In this document: in pieces, positions 16,934 through 28,187 of the stretch | Layout: every line of letters starts with the position of its first letter | How positions within the stretch are numbered: the stretch's first letter is position 1 | DNA from: Escherichia phage 310Ecol104PP | Sequence record: OR062946.1 | Length of the DNA stretch: 64,000 nt | Reading direction: 5' to 3' (one strand) | The notes under the pieces: model-generated | Database searches by the model: none | The model's input: the letters and a program-made list of their open reading frames with translations, nothing else | What the model was told of the DNA's origin: nothing | Translations under genes and position numbers: made by a program

Positions 16934-18913
16934 ATGACTTTATTATCTCCGGGCATTGAGCTCAAAGAAACTACGGTTCAAAGCACCGTGGTTAATAACT
17001 CTACTGGTACAGCAGCTTTGGCCGGTAAATTCCAGTGGGGTCCTGCTTTTCAGATTAAACAGGTTACAAATGAAGTAGATTTAGTTAATACTTTTGGTCA
17101 ACCAACCGCTGAAACTGCTGACTATTTTATGTCTGCAATGAATTTCTTGCAATACGGAAATGATTTGCGAGTTGTGCGTGCTGTCGATAGAGATACCGCT
17201 AAAAACTCATCTCCAATTGCCGGTAATATTGAATACACTATTTCTACCCCAGGTAGTAACTACGCGGTTGGAGATAAAATCACGGTCAAATATGTTTCAG
17301 ATGCTATTGAAACTGAAGGTAAAATTACTGAAGTAGACACAGATGGAAAAATTAAGAAAATTAATATTCCTACTGCAAAAATTATCGCTAAAGCTAAAGA
17401 AGTCGGTGAATATCCAGAATTAGGTTCTAACTGGACCGCGGAAATTTCTTCATCTTCCTCTGGTTTAGCTGCAGTAATAACTCTTGGAAAAATTATTACT
17501 GATTCTGGTATTTTATTAGCTGAAATTGAAAATGCTGAAGCTGCTATGACAGAGGTTGGCTTTCAAGCAAATCTCGAAAAATACGGAATTCCAGGAGTAG
17601 TAGCTCTTTATCCGGGCGAATTAGGCGATAAAATTGAAATTGAAATCGTATCTAAAGCTGACTACGCAAAAGGGGCTTCTGCATTACTGCCAATTTATCC
17701 AGGCGGTGGTACTCGTGCATCTACTGCTAAAGCTGTGTTTGGATATGGACCACAAACTGATTCACAGTACGCTATTATAGTTCGTCGCAATGATGCTATT
17801 GTTCAAAGTGTTGTTCTTTCAACTAAGCGTGGTGAAAAAGATATTTACGATAGTAACATCTATATCGATGACTTTTTCGCAAAAGGTGGTTCAGAATATA
17901 TTTTCGCAACTGCACAAAACTGGCCAGAAGGCTTCTCTGGAATTTTAACTCTGTCTGGCGGATTATCATCAAATGCTGAAGTAACAGCAGGAGATTTGAT
18001 GGAAGCTTGGGACTTCTTTGCTGACCGCGAATCTGTTGATGTTCAGTTGTTTATTGCGGGTTCTTGCGCCGGCGAATCTTTAGAAACAGCATCTACTGTC
18101 CAAAAACACGTCGTTTCAATTGGTGATGCTCGCCAAGATTGCTTAGTATTGTGCTCACCGCCGCGCGAAACTGTAGTTGGAATTCCTGTAACTCGTGCTG
18201 TTGATAACTTAGTCAATTGGAGAACTGCGACAGGTTCATACACTGATAATAACTTTAATATCAGTTCAACCTATGCAGCAATTGATGGTAACTACAAGTA
18301 TCAGTATGACAAATATAATGATGTGAATCGTTGGGTTCCATTAGCAGCTGATATTGCTGGTTTATGCGCAAGAACTGATAACGTTTCTCAGACTTGGATG
18401 TCTCCAGCTGGTTATAATCGTGGCCAGATTCTTAACGTTATTAAACTTGCTATTGAAACTCGCCAGGCGCAGCGCGACCGTTTATACCAAGAAGCTATCA
18501 ACCCGGTAACCGGTACAGGTGGTGATGGTTACGTATTGTATGGTGATAAAACAGCTACTTCTGTTCCTTCTCCATTTGATCGTATTAACGTTCGTCGTCT
18601 GTTTAATATGTTGAAAACGAATATCGGACGTAGTTCAAAATATCGTTTGTTCGAATTAAACAACGCGTTTACCCGTTCATCATTCCGCACAGAAACTGCC
18701 CAGTACTTACAGGGAATTAAAGCTCTCGGTGGAATTTATGAATATCGTGTAGTTTGCGATACAACAAATAACACTCCGTCAGTAATTGATAGAAATGAGT
18801 TTGTTGCAACATTCTACATCCAACCGGCTAGAAGCATTAACTACATTACCTTGAACTTCGTAGCAACTGCTACTGGTGCAGATTTCGATGAGTTAACTGG
18901 TCTTGCAGGTTAA
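16934..18913 (+). CDS. 18: contractile tail sheath protein gp18
   Basis: 659 aa, T4 gp18 length; late promoter overlapping gene 17 stop. Confidence 0.95.
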   Translation: MTLLSPGIELKETTVQSTVVNNSTGTAALAGKFQWGPAFQIKQVTNEVDLVNTFGQPTAETADYFMSAMNFLQYGNDLRVVRAVDRDTAKNSSPIAGNIEYTISTPGSNYAVGDKITVKYVSDAIETEGKITEVDTDGKIKKINIPTAKIIAKAKEVGEYPELGSNWTAEISSSSSGLAAVITLGKIITDSGILLAEIENAEAAMTEVGFQANLEKYGIPGVVALYPGELGDKIEIEIVSKADYAKGASALLPIYPGGGTRASTAKAVFGYGPQTDSQYAIIVRRNDAIVQSVVLSTKRGEKDIYDSNIYIDDFFAKGGSEYIFATAQNWPEGFSGILTLSGGLSSNAEVTAGDLMEAWDFFADRESVDVQLFIAGSCAGESLETASTVQKHVVSIGDARQDCLVLCSPPRETVVGIPVTRAVDNLVNWRTATGSYTDNNFNISSTYAAIDGNYKYQYDKYNDVNRWVPLAADIAGLCARTDNVSQTWMSPAGYNRGQILNVIKLAIETRQAQRDRLYQEAINPVTGTGGDGYVLYGDKTATSVPSPFDRINVRRLFNMLKTNIGRSSKYRLFELNNAFTRSSFRTETAQYLQGIKALGGIYEYRVVCDTTNNTPSVIDRNEFVATFYIQPARSINYITLNFVATATGADFDELTGLAG

Positions 18914-18929
18914 TACAGTGCATTCTAAA

Positions 18930-18947
18930 GGCCTGTTTCGACAGGCC
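18930..18947 (+). terminator. hairpin after gene 18
   Basis: GGCCTGT-TTCG-ACAGGCC immediately after the gene 18 stop. Confidence 0.55.
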
Positions 18948-18948
18948 A

Positions 18949-18956
18949 TATAAATA
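18949..18956 (+). promoter_or_regulatory. late promoter (distal) upstream of gene 19
   Basis: Exact TATAAATA. Confidence 0.6.
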
Positions 18957-19009
18957 CACTATATCCTTAATTCTTTAATTCTATATGCCCTAGGTTAAAC
19001 ATAGGGATA

Positions 19010-19017
19010 TATAAATA
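19010..19017 (+). promoter_or_regulatory. late promoter (proximal) for gene 19
   Basis: Exact TATAAATA about 15 nt upstream of the ATG. Confidence 0.7.
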
Positions 19018-19031
19018 CTACAGAGGCTAAT

Positions 19032-19523
19032 ATGTTTGTAGATGATGTAACACGAGCGTTTGAATCTGGTGATTTTGCTCGACCTAACTTATTCCAAGTA
19101 GAAATTTCTTATCTTGGACAAAATTTTACGTTTCAATGTAAAGCCACTGCTTTACCAGCTGGTATTGTAGAAAAAATTCCAGTCGGATTCATGAACCGTA
19201 AAATTAACGTAGCAGGCGATCGTACATTCGATGACTGGACTGTTACAGTAATGAACGATGAGGCACATGATGCTCGTCAGAAGTTCGTTGATTGGCAAAG
19301 CATTGCTGCGGGGCAAGGAAACGAAATTACTGGTGGAAAACCTGCAGAGTATAAAAAGAGCGCTATCGTTCGTCAATATGCTCGTGACGCTAAAACAGTA
19401 ACAAAAGAAATTGAAATTAAAGGTCTGTGGCCTACTAACGTGGGTGAACTTCAATTAGATTGGGATTCAAACAATGAAATCCAAACATTTGAAGTAACTC
19501 TTGCTCTCGATTATTGGGAATAA
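19032..19523 (+). CDS. 19: tail tube protein gp19
   Basis: 163 aa, T4 gp19 length; two TATAAATA boxes upstream. Confidence 0.95.
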   Translation: MFVDDVTRAFESGDFARPNLFQVEISYLGQNFTFQCKATALPAGIVEKIPVGFMNRKINVAGDRTFDDWTVTVMNDEAHDARQKFVDWQSIAAGQGNEITGGKPAEYKKSAIVRQYARDAKTVTKEIEIKGLWPTNVGELQLDWDSNNEIQTFEVTLALDYWE

Positions 19524-19530
19524 AATGAAT

Positions 19531-21180
<1,650 letters not shown>

Positions 21181-21181
<1 letters not shown>

Positions 21182-21387
21182 TGGAAGGTTTAATTGAAGC
21201 TATTAAATCAAACGACCTCGTAGCCGCTCGTAAATTATTTGCTGAAGCCATGGCTACAAGAACGATTGATTTAATTAAAGAAGAAAAAATCGCTATCGCT
21301 CGTAATTTCTTAATCGAAGGTGAAGAACCTGAAGACGACGAAGATGATGACGAAGACGAAGATGACGAAGACGAGGATGATGAATAA
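21181..21387 (+). CDS. 67: prohead core protein gp67 with polyacidic C-terminal tail
   Basis: 68 aa; N-terminus [20 protein letters not shown]; last 23 residues almost all Asp/Glu; position between 20 and 68. Confidence 0.85.
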
Positions 21388-21812
21388 TGCTTCTGATCCC
21401 TGAAACTCATGAATTAGTTCTCGAGAATGTCGAAGCACTTATTCCTGAAGCACAGGGTCGCTTTGACGAATTGTCTTCTGCTTTAAATAAAGACGATATA
21501 AATACAATTGTCGAGAATATGCTTGATGATGAAACTGATTTAGCGGTTGCATTAGCTTCTATTAATGAAAATATGCCGTTAAATGAATTCATCGTTAAAC
21601 ATGTTTCCGCCCGTGGTGAAATTACTCGCACTAAAGACCGCAAAACGCGTGAACGTAATGCATTTCAAACCACTGGGCTGTCTAAAGCAAAACGTAGACA
21701 AATTGCTCGTAAAGCTACCAAAACGAAGATTGCCAATCCAGCAGGTCAATCTCGTGCTCAGCGTAAGCGTAAAAAAGCTCTTAAACGCCGTAAAGCATTA
21801 GGATTAAGCTAA
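21387..21812 (+). CDS. 68: prohead core protein gp68
   Basis: 141 aa, T4 gp68 length; synteny. Confidence 0.85.
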
Positions 21813-22450
21813 TGAATGAACCCCAATTACTAATTGAAACTTGGGGTCAACCTGGCGAAATTATTGATGGCGTGCCAATGCTTGAATCTCACGATGGAAA
21901 AGACTTAGGTTTAAAACCGGGTTTATACATCGAAGGAATATTCATGCAAGCGGAAGTTGTCAATAGAAATAAACGTCTTTATCCAAAACGCATATTAGAA
22001 AAAGCGGTAAAAGACTATATTAATGAGCAAGTTTTAACTAAACAAGCTCTCGGAGAATTAAATCATCCTCCACGCGCTAATGTTGACCCAATGCAAGCCG
22101 CTATCATTATAGAAGATATGTGGTGGAAAGGAAATGACGTATACGGACGAGCTCGTGTTATTGAAGGTGACCATGGTCCTGGAGATAAATTAGCAGCTAA
22201 TATTCGTGCCGGATGGATTCCAGGAGTTTCTTCTCGTGGATTAGGTTCATTGACTGACACAAATAAAGGTTATCGTATCGTAAACGAAGGATTCAAATTA
22301 ACTGTAGGTGTTGATGCAGTATGGGGTCCAAGTGCTCCAGATGCATGGGTAACTCCTAAGGAAATTACCGAATCACAGACGGCGGAAGCCGATACAAGTG
22401 CCGATGACGCCTATATGGCTCTCGCAGAGGCCATGAAAAAAGCGTTATAA
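21812..22450 (+). CDS. 21: prohead protease gp21
   Basis: 212 aa, T4 gp21 length; synteny. Confidence 0.9.
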   Translation: MNEPQLLIETWGQPGEIIDGVPMLESHDGKDLGLKPGLYIEGIFMQAEVVNRNKRLYPKRILEKAVKDYINEQVLTKQALGELNHPPRANVDPMQAAIIIEDMWWKGNDVYGRARVIEGDHGPGDKLAANIRAGWIPGVSSRGLGSLTDTNKGYRIVNEGFKLTVGVDAVWGPSAPDAWVTPKEITESQTAEADTSADDAYMALAEAMKKAL

Positions 22451-22453
22451 ATA
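22446..22453 (+). promoter_or_regulatory. late promoter for gene 22
   Basis: TATAAATA overlapping the gene 21 stop. Confidence 0.7.
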
Positions 22454-22480
22454 TTATTATCTAAACAACAGGACTACAAA

Positions 22481-23290
22481 ATGCTTAAAGAACAACTGAT
22501 TGCCGAAGCGCAGAAAATTGATGCTTCCGTTGCTCTTGATAGTATTTTCGAATCAGTTAATATTTCTCCGGAAGCAAAAGAAACTTTCGGCACTGTATTC
22601 GAAGCTACCGTCAAGCAGCACGCCGTTAAATTAGCTGAATCTCATATCGCTAAAATTGCTGAAAAAGCAGAAGAAGAAGTAGAAAAAAATAAAGAAGAAG
22701 CCGAAGAAAAAGCTGAGAAGAAAATCGCTGAGCAAGCTTCTAAATTCATTGACCATCTTGCGAAAGAATGGCTCGCTGAAAATAAATTAGCAGTTGATAA
22801 AGGCATCAAAGCCGAACTGTTTGAATCCATGCTTGGTGGATTAAAAGAGCTCTTTGTTGAACACAACGTTGTTGTTCCAGAAGAATCAGTTGATGTTGTG
22901 GCTGAAATGGAAGAAGAGCTGCAAGAACATAAAGAAGAATCAGCTCGTCTGTTCGAAGAACTCAATATGCGCGACGCATATATCAATTATGTGCAGCGTG
23001 AAGTGGCATTGAGCGAAAGTACTAAAGATCTGACTGAGTCTCAAAAAGAAAAAGTCTCTGCTCTGGTCGAAGGTATGGATTATTCAGATGAATTCTCAAA
23101 TAAATTGAGTGCCATCGTAGAAATGGTGAAGAAGTCTAATAAAGATGAAAGCACTATTACTGAGGGTATAAATACTCCTGATACTGAAGCAGCCGGACTG
23201 AATTTCGTCACTGAAGCTGTAGAAGATAAAGCTGCACCTGGTGCAGAAGATATTGTAAGTGTATATGCGAAAGTCGCATCTCGTTTCTAA
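22481..23290 (+). CDS. 22: prohead scaffolding core protein gp22
   Basis: 269 aa; highly charged, Glu/Lys/Ala-rich, helical-looking; late promoter upstream. Confidence 0.9.
   Translation: MLKEQLIAEAQKIDASVALDSIFESVNISPEAKETFGTVFEATVKQHAVKLAESHIAKIAEKAEEEVEKNKEEAEEKAEKKIAEQASKFIDHLAKEWLAENKLAVDKGIKAELFESMLGGLKELFVEHNVVVPEESVDVVAEMEEELQEHKEESARLFEELNMRDAYINYVQREVALSESTKDLTESQKEKVSALVEGMDYSDEFSNKLSAIVEMVKKSNKDESTITEGINTPDTEAAGLNFVTEAVEDKAAPGAEDIVSVYAKVASRF
23167..23174 (+). promoter_or_regulatory. late promoter for gene 23, inside the 3' end of gene 22
   Basis: Exact TATAAATA about 135 nt upstream of the gene 23 ATG. Confidence 0.6.
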
Positions 23291-23308
23291 TTTTAAAGGT
23301 TAACACAA

Positions 23309-24874
23309 ATGACTATCAAAACTAAAGCTGAACTTTTGAACAAATGGAAGCCATTACTGGAAGGTGAAGGTTTACCGGAAATTGCTAATAGCAAACAAGC
23401 GATTATCGCTAAAATCTTTGAAAACCAGGAAAAAGATTTCCAGACAGCTCCAGAGTACAAAGACGAAAAAATTGCTCAGGCATTTGGTTCTTTCTTAACA
23501 GAAGCTGAAATCGGCGGTGACCACGGTTACAATGCTACTAACATCGCCGCAGGTCAGACTTCTGGCGCAGTAACTCAGATTGGCCCAGCTGTTATGGGTA
23601 TGGTACGTCGTGCTATTCCTAACCTGATTGCTTTCGATATTTGCGGTGTTCAGCCGATGAACAGCCCGACTGGCCAGGTATTCGCACTGCGCGCAGTATA
23701 TGGTAAAGACCCAATCGCTTCCGGTGCTAAAGAAGCATTCCACCCAATGTATGGTCCAGATGCAATGTTCTCTGGTCAGGGTGCTGCTAAGAAATTCACA
23801 GCTCTGGCTGCTAGCACACAAACTACAGTAGGTGATATCTATACTCACTTCTTCCAGGACACTGGTACTGTGTATCTGCAGGCTTCTGCTCAAGTAACAA
23901 TTAGTTCTACTGCAGATGATGCAGCTAAATTAGATGCTGAAATTAAGAAACAAATGGAAGCTGGTGTACTGGTAGAAATCGCTGAAGGTATGGCTACTTC
24001 TGTCGCTGAACTTCAGGAAAGTTTCAACGGTTCTACCGATAACCCATGGAATGAAATGGGCTTCCGTATCGATAAACAAGTTATCGAAGCTAAATCTCGT
24101 CAGCTGAAAGCTGCTTACTCTATCGAATTAGCACAAGACCTCCGCGCTGTTCACGGTATGGATGCTGATGCTGAACTGTCTGGTATTCTGGCTACCGAAA
24201 TCATGCTGGAAATTAACCGTGAAGTTGTTGATTGGATTAACTACTCAGCTCAGGTTGGTAAATCTGGTATGACCCTGACTCCGGGTTCTAAAGCTGGTGT
24301 ATTTGACTTCCAGGATCCGATTGATATTCGTGGTGCTCGCTGGGCGGGTGAATCCTTTAAAGCTCTGTTGTTCCAGATTGACAAAGAAGCAGTTGAAATT
24401 GCTCGTCAGACTGGTCGTGGTGAAGGTAACTTCATTATCGCTTCCCGTAACGTAGTTAACGTTCTGGCTTCAGTTGATACCGGCATTTCTTATGCTGCAC
24501 AGGGTCTGGCTACCGGCTTTAACACTGATACTACCAAGTCAGTATTTGCTGGTGTTCTGGGTGGTAAATACCGTGTATATATCGACCAGTATGCTAAACA
24601 GGATTATTTCACTGTAGGTTATAAAGGTCCGAACGAAATGGATGCTGGTATTTACTATGCTCCATATGTAGCTCTGACTCCGCTGCGCGGTTCCGATCCG
24701 AAGAACTTCCAACCAGTAATGGGATTCAAAACTCGTTACGGTATCGGTATCAACCCATTTGCAGAATCCGCTGCTCAGGCTCCGGCTTCTCGCATTCAAA
24801 GCGGTATGCCTTCTATTCTGAATAGCCTTGGTAAAAACGCTTACTTCCGCCGTGTATATGTTAAAGGTATCTAA
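23309..24874 (+). CDS. 23: major capsid protein gp23
   Basis: 521 aa, T4 gp23 length; codon usage typical of a highly expressed gene; followed by a strong hairpin terminator. Confidence 0.95.
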   Translation: MTIKTKAELLNKWKPLLEGEGLPEIANSKQAIIAKIFENQEKDFQTAPEYKDEKIAQAFGSFLTEAEIGGDHGYNATNIAAGQTSGAVTQIGPAVMGMVRRAIPNLIAFDICGVQPMNSPTGQVFALRAVYGKDPIASGAKEAFHPMYGPDAMFSGQGAAKKFTALAASTQTTVGDIYTHFFQDTGTVYLQASAQVTISSTADDAAKLDAEIKKQMEAGVLVEIAEGMATSVAELQESFNGSTDNPWNEMGFRIDKQVIEAKSRQLKAAYSIELAQDLRAVHGMDADAELSGILATEIMLEINREVVDWINYSAQVGKSGMTLTPGSKAGVFDFQDPIDIRGARWAGESFKALLFQIDKEAVEIARQTGRGEGNFIIASRNVVNVLASVDTGISYAAQGLATGFNTDTTKSVFAGVLGGKYRVYIDQYAKQDYFTVGYKGPNEMDAGIYYAPYVALTPLRGSDPKNFQPVMGFKTRYGIGINPFAESAAQAPASRIQSGMPSILNSLGKNAYFRRVYVKGI

Positions 24875-24889
24875 GATATAACCTTATTA

Positions 24890-24920
24890 TGGGAGACTTC
24901 GGTCTCCCATTCTTGTTTCT
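24890..24920 (+). terminator. intrinsic terminator after gene 23
   Basis: TGGGAGAC-TTCG-GTCTCCCA hairpin followed by TTCTTGTTTCT. Confidence 0.8.
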
Positions 24921-24970
24921 ATACTACGCAATCTTAACTCGACGGTTGATGATATCACGGAAGTCAATAC

Positions 24971-24998
24971 GATTTTCTTGGATTTTCTTGGATTTTCA
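24971..24998. repeat. tandem direct repeat GATTTTCTTG, two full copies plus a partial third
   Basis: gattttcttggattttcttggattttca read directly; lies just 3' of the 64-aa minus-strand ORF. Confidence 0.8.
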
Positions 24999-25190
24999 GC
25001 CAGTTACCAGATTTGTCTTTGGTATGGGTAGAATATTCACCATTCCACCAGAAGTCAGTATGGTTTCATATTTCTTAACTAACGCATTCACTGCATTACC
25101 GTTAGGATTGGAACCATATTTTTCTACCAGGGCTTTAATGTCTTTATCAAGAGCGGAAAGAGTAGTACGAATAAAGTTTAACTTGTTCAT
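24996..25190 (-). CDS. hypothetical 64-aa protein, antisense to the late head genes, in the gene 23-24 intergenic region
   Basis: ATG preceded by GAGGAG at 6-nt spacing; GTTTAC-N18-TACTAT early-type promoter further upstream on the minus strand. Confidence 0.55.
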   Translation of the reverse strand: MNKLNFIRTTLSALDKDIKALVEKYGSNPNGNAVNALVKKYETILTSGGMVNILPIPKTNLVTG

Positions 25191-25219
25191 TTTAATCTCC
25201 TCATGTTTTTGATAGGTCT

Positions 25220-25249
25220 ATAGTAACATGTGATAACCTTGCTGTAAAC
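25220..25249 (-). promoter_or_regulatory. early-type promoter for the 64-aa antisense ORF
   Basis: Minus-strand GTTTAC - 18 nt - TACTAT. Confidence 0.4.
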
Positions 25250-25255
25250 AACTTT

Positions 25256-25263
25256 TATAAATA
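25256..25263 (+). promoter_or_regulatory. late promoter for gene 24
   Basis: Exact TATAAATA about 28 nt upstream of the ATG. Confidence 0.7.
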
Positions 25264-25291
25264 AACATATACCCTCAATAAGGAAAGCGCA

Positions 25292-26575
25292 ATGGCTAAA
25301 ATCAACGAACTTTTGCGCGAATCAACCACAACGAATAGCAACTCAATCGGTCGCCCAAATCTCGTTGCTTTGACTCGCGCTACCACTAAATTAATATATT
25401 CTGACATTGTAGCAACGCAAAGAACTAATCAACCTGTTGCTGCTTTTTATGGTATCAAATACCTTAACCCAGATAACGAATTTACATTTAAAACTGGTGC
25501 TACTTACGCTGGCGAAGCTGGGTACGTAGACCGAGAACAAATCACAGAATTAACAGAAGAGTCTAAATTAACTCTCAATAAAGGCGATTTATTCAAATAT
25601 AATAATATCGTTTATAAAGTATTAGAAGATACACCATTTGCTGATATTGAAGAAAGCGATTTAGAATTAGCTCTTCAGATTGCAATTGTTCTTTTAAAGG
25701 TTCGTCTATTTTCTGATGCTGCAGTAACAAGCAAATTTGAAAACTCTGATAGCGAAATTGCGGATGCTAGATTCCAGATTAATAAATGGCAAACCGCAGT
25801 TAAATCTCGTAAACTTAAAACTGGCATTACAGTTGAATTAGCACAAGATTTAGAAGCAAATGGATTCGATGCTCCTAATTTCTTGGAAGATTTGCTTGCA
25901 ACTGAAATGGCAGATGAAATCAATAAAGATATTCTGCAATCTTTGATTACAGTATCAAAACGCTATAAAGTTACAGGAATTACTGATAGTGGATTCATCG
26001 ATTTGAGTTATGCATCTGCTCCTGAAGCTGGTCGTTCATTATACCGAATGGTATGTGAAATGGTTTCGCATATCCAAAAAGAATCAACTTATACAGCAAC
26101 GTTCTGTGTTGCTTCTGCTCGTGCCGCTGCGATTCTTGCTGCATCAGGTTGGTTAAAACATAAACCAGAAGATGACAAATATCTTTCGCAAAATGCCTAT
26201 GGGTTCTTAGCTAATGGTTTACCGCTTTATTGCGATACTAACAGCCCATTAGATTATGTAATCGTTGGCGTAGTAGAAAATATTGGTGAAAAAGAAATTG
26301 TCGGATCAATTTTCTATGCTCCGTATACAGAAGGTCTTGACTTAGATGACCCTGAACATGTAGGTGCATTTAAAGTTGTAGTTGATCCAGAAAGCTTACA
26401 ACCATCTATCGGTTTATTGGTTAGATATGCTTTATCTGCAAATCCTTACACTGTAGCAAAAGATGAAAAAGAAGCAAGAATAATTGATGGTGGAGACATG
26501 GATAAAATGGCGGGTCGTTCAGATTTGTCTGTTTTATTAGGTGTTAAATTACCAAAAATTATCGTTGATGAATAA
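25292..26575 (+). CDS. 24: capsid vertex protein gp24
   Basis: 427 aa, T4 gp24 length; TATAAATA about 30 nt upstream. Confidence 0.95.
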   Translation: MAKINELLRESTTTNSNSIGRPNLVALTRATTKLIYSDIVATQRTNQPVAAFYGIKYLNPDNEFTFKTGATYAGEAGYVDREQITELTEESKLTLNKGDLFKYNNIVYKVLEDTPFADIEESDLELALQIAIVLLKVRLFSDAAVTSKFENSDSEIADARFQINKWQTAVKSRKLKTGITVELAQDLEANGFDAPNFLEDLLATEMADEINKDILQSLITVSKRYKVTGITDSGFIDLSYASAPEAGRSLYRMVCEMVSHIQKESTYTATFCVASARAAAILAASGWLKHKPEDDKYLSQNAYGFLANGLPLYCDTNSPLDYVIVGVVENIGEKEIVGSIFYAPYTEGLDLDDPEHVGAFKVVVDPESLQPSIGLLVRYALSANPYTVAKDEKEARIIDGGDMDKMAGRSDLSVLLGVKLPKIIVDE

Positions 26576-26578
26576 AAC

Positions 26579-26606
26579 AAAGGGACCGAAAGGTCCCTTT
26601 TTATTT
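26579..26606. terminator. bidirectional terminator between gene 24 and rnlB
   Basis: AAAGGGACC-GAAA-GGTCCCTTT with T-runs on both strands. Confidence 0.8.
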
Positions 26607-27609
26607 AACTTACCAGTTCAATCCAAGCCGGACGAAGTACATCTTGTACCATTTTAACTAATTCCTTTTTAATCAAAGAAGGATTATCCGCTTGAGTTAG
26701 AGTAATACCTTCACGAGAAGTTTCTTCCAAAATATCTTGAACAGTTAGTCCCATCACCTTTCCAAAATCTTTTGGACCAATTTCGCCAATTTTAGAAATA
26801 ACGTTATTTACTCGGTTCAGTGTAACGTAGCAAGCTAAAATTCCCAGCAATTTATTATCAGCTTCTGACAGTTCAACTTTAGCTTTAATAGGCTTATCAG
26901 ACTTTTTCTTTTCGCTAAATTTAGAGTTCTTGCATTTAATAGCTACACGATTGCCATTAGGCATCCAAGAAGGATAACAAGGTTTCAATACATATCCTTC
27001 AGCAGTAAATACTTCGCCTTTTGCTTCGGCATTCCAAACGCATTTATTTGCATCAACTAATCCAGCATGGTCTACTGTAAAATTATAATCCTGGACGACA
27101 GAATCTAAATCATTTGGCAATTTAATAAGCTCTTCAAATTTACCGCGACCTAAAAGTGGAGCCATTTTAAATTTGAATGTATTACAGAATGATTCCAACA
27201 TATAATCATCGACATAAGTCACATCACCACTTTCGGTAGTAACAATAATGTCAAATACATAAAAATCTTTATCACCATAATCAACATTCTTCTGAATGCC
27301 AGGTCCAGCGAATTCGCCAAAGACTTGATAAGATACAACTGCCGAAGTTTCCATAATATCTTGTACTGCTTTAATGGAATCAGCGTAATTCTTTAGAATA
27401 ATTTCATACCCAAAGAAATCTTCAGCAGGAAGAATCGGTCCAGTACGTTTAGCACAAGTTGCTTTATCGCGTTCAATAATCAGTGAGAAATTTGTGCCAT
27501 GAATCTTTTCACGAGCTACCCATTCGCCGCCAGTCAATCCTAAGCTGTAAAGTTTTTCAATGAATTTAGAATTATAATGATTTTCAAGACTGCTATACTT
27601 TTTAAACAT
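26605..27609 (-). CDS. rnlB: RNA ligase 2 (Rnl2)
   Basis: 334 aa; N-terminus [21 protein letters not shown] and nucleotidyltransferase lysine motif KIHGTN. Confidence 0.95.
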   Translation of the reverse strand: MFKKYSSLENHYNSKFIEKLYSLGLTGGEWVAREKIHGTNFSLIIERDKATCAKRTGPILPAEDFFGYEIILKNYADSIKAVQDIMETSAVVSYQVFGEFAGPGIQKNVDYGDKDFYVFDIIVTTESGDVTYVDDYMLESFCNTFKFKMAPLLGRGKFEELIKLPNDLDSVVQDYNFTVDHAGLVDANKCVWNAEAKGEVFTAEGYVLKPCYPSWMPNGNRVAIKCKNSKFSEKKKSDKPIKAKVELSEADNKLLGILACYVTLNRVNNVISKIGEIGPKDFGKVMGLTVQDILEETSREGITLTQADNPSLIKKELVKMVQDVLRPAWIELVS

Positions 27610-27618
27610 AATTAATCC

Positions 27619-27897
27619 TCAAAATGTAATTTCTAACCAATCACCATCACGCTGATCACTATTGACTTTAAAGCTAAATCCTTCTTTTCTCAGCCAATCA
27701 CCAATTTCTTCAGTAATCAATTTATCGCGAGCAGTACAATAATAACTAAAATATGTTTTACCTTGTTCAGCTGCTTTATTAGCAAGTTCCGAAAAATCTT
27801 TAATAAAACACTCTAGCTTGAACTGTTTGCTTTTAAGTGCTTTTTCGCGTAATTGATTAGCAAAAGATTCATTTTCATAAAGATCATACTGTTCCAT
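27619..27897 (-). CDS. hypothetical protein (T4 24.2-like position)
   Basis: 92 aa ORF between rnlB and hoc, same strand, tightly packed. Confidence 0.65.
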   Translation of the reverse strand: MEQYDLYENESFANQLREKALKSKQFKLECFIKDFSELANKAAEQGKTYFSYYCTARDKLITEEIGDWLRKEGFSFKVNSDQRDGDWLEITF

Positions 27898-28099
27898 TTT
27901 TCACCTTTTTATTAATATGTCTTTTTCTATAGACAACTTTTTCTCGAGTCTCAAATTTATTCTTAGCAGTCATAGCTCGAGCCCATAATACAGCCACTTC
28001 CTTTGCCTGTAAGTTCAATTCACGAGCAATTTCAATGAATGACTTTCCAGACTCATGGAGTGTAAACACCACAACCTCAGTTCTCATAATCAATCTCAT
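27884..28099 (-). CDS. hypothetical small protein with helix-turn-helix-like segment (T4 24.3-like position)
   Basis: 71 aa; segment GKSFIEIARELNLQAKEVAVLWARA resembles an HTH; basic C-terminus. Confidence 0.6.
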   Translation of the reverse strand: MRLIMRTEVVVFTLHESGKSFIEIARELNLQAKEVAVLWARAMTAKNKFETREKVVYRKRHINKKVKNGTV

Positions 28100-28161
28100 G
28101 TTATCGAGTTGGTGCCATTATATACATCATTTTCTGAGTGTGTTTTGTGTGCTTTCAAAAT

Positions 28162-28186
28162 GAAGAAAGGGGCCGAAGCCCCTGAG
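28162..28186 (-). terminator. terminator after hoc
   Basis: Minus-strand GGGGC-TTCG-GCCCC followed by TTTCTTCATTTT. Confidence 0.75.
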
Positions 28187-28187
28187 A

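Noticed and set aside
24889-25212. 107-aa plus-strand ORF in the gene 23-24 spacer
   Set aside because: It runs through the gene 23 terminator hairpin and the decamer repeat, has no Shine-Dalgarno, and overlaps the better-supported minus-strand 64-aa ORF
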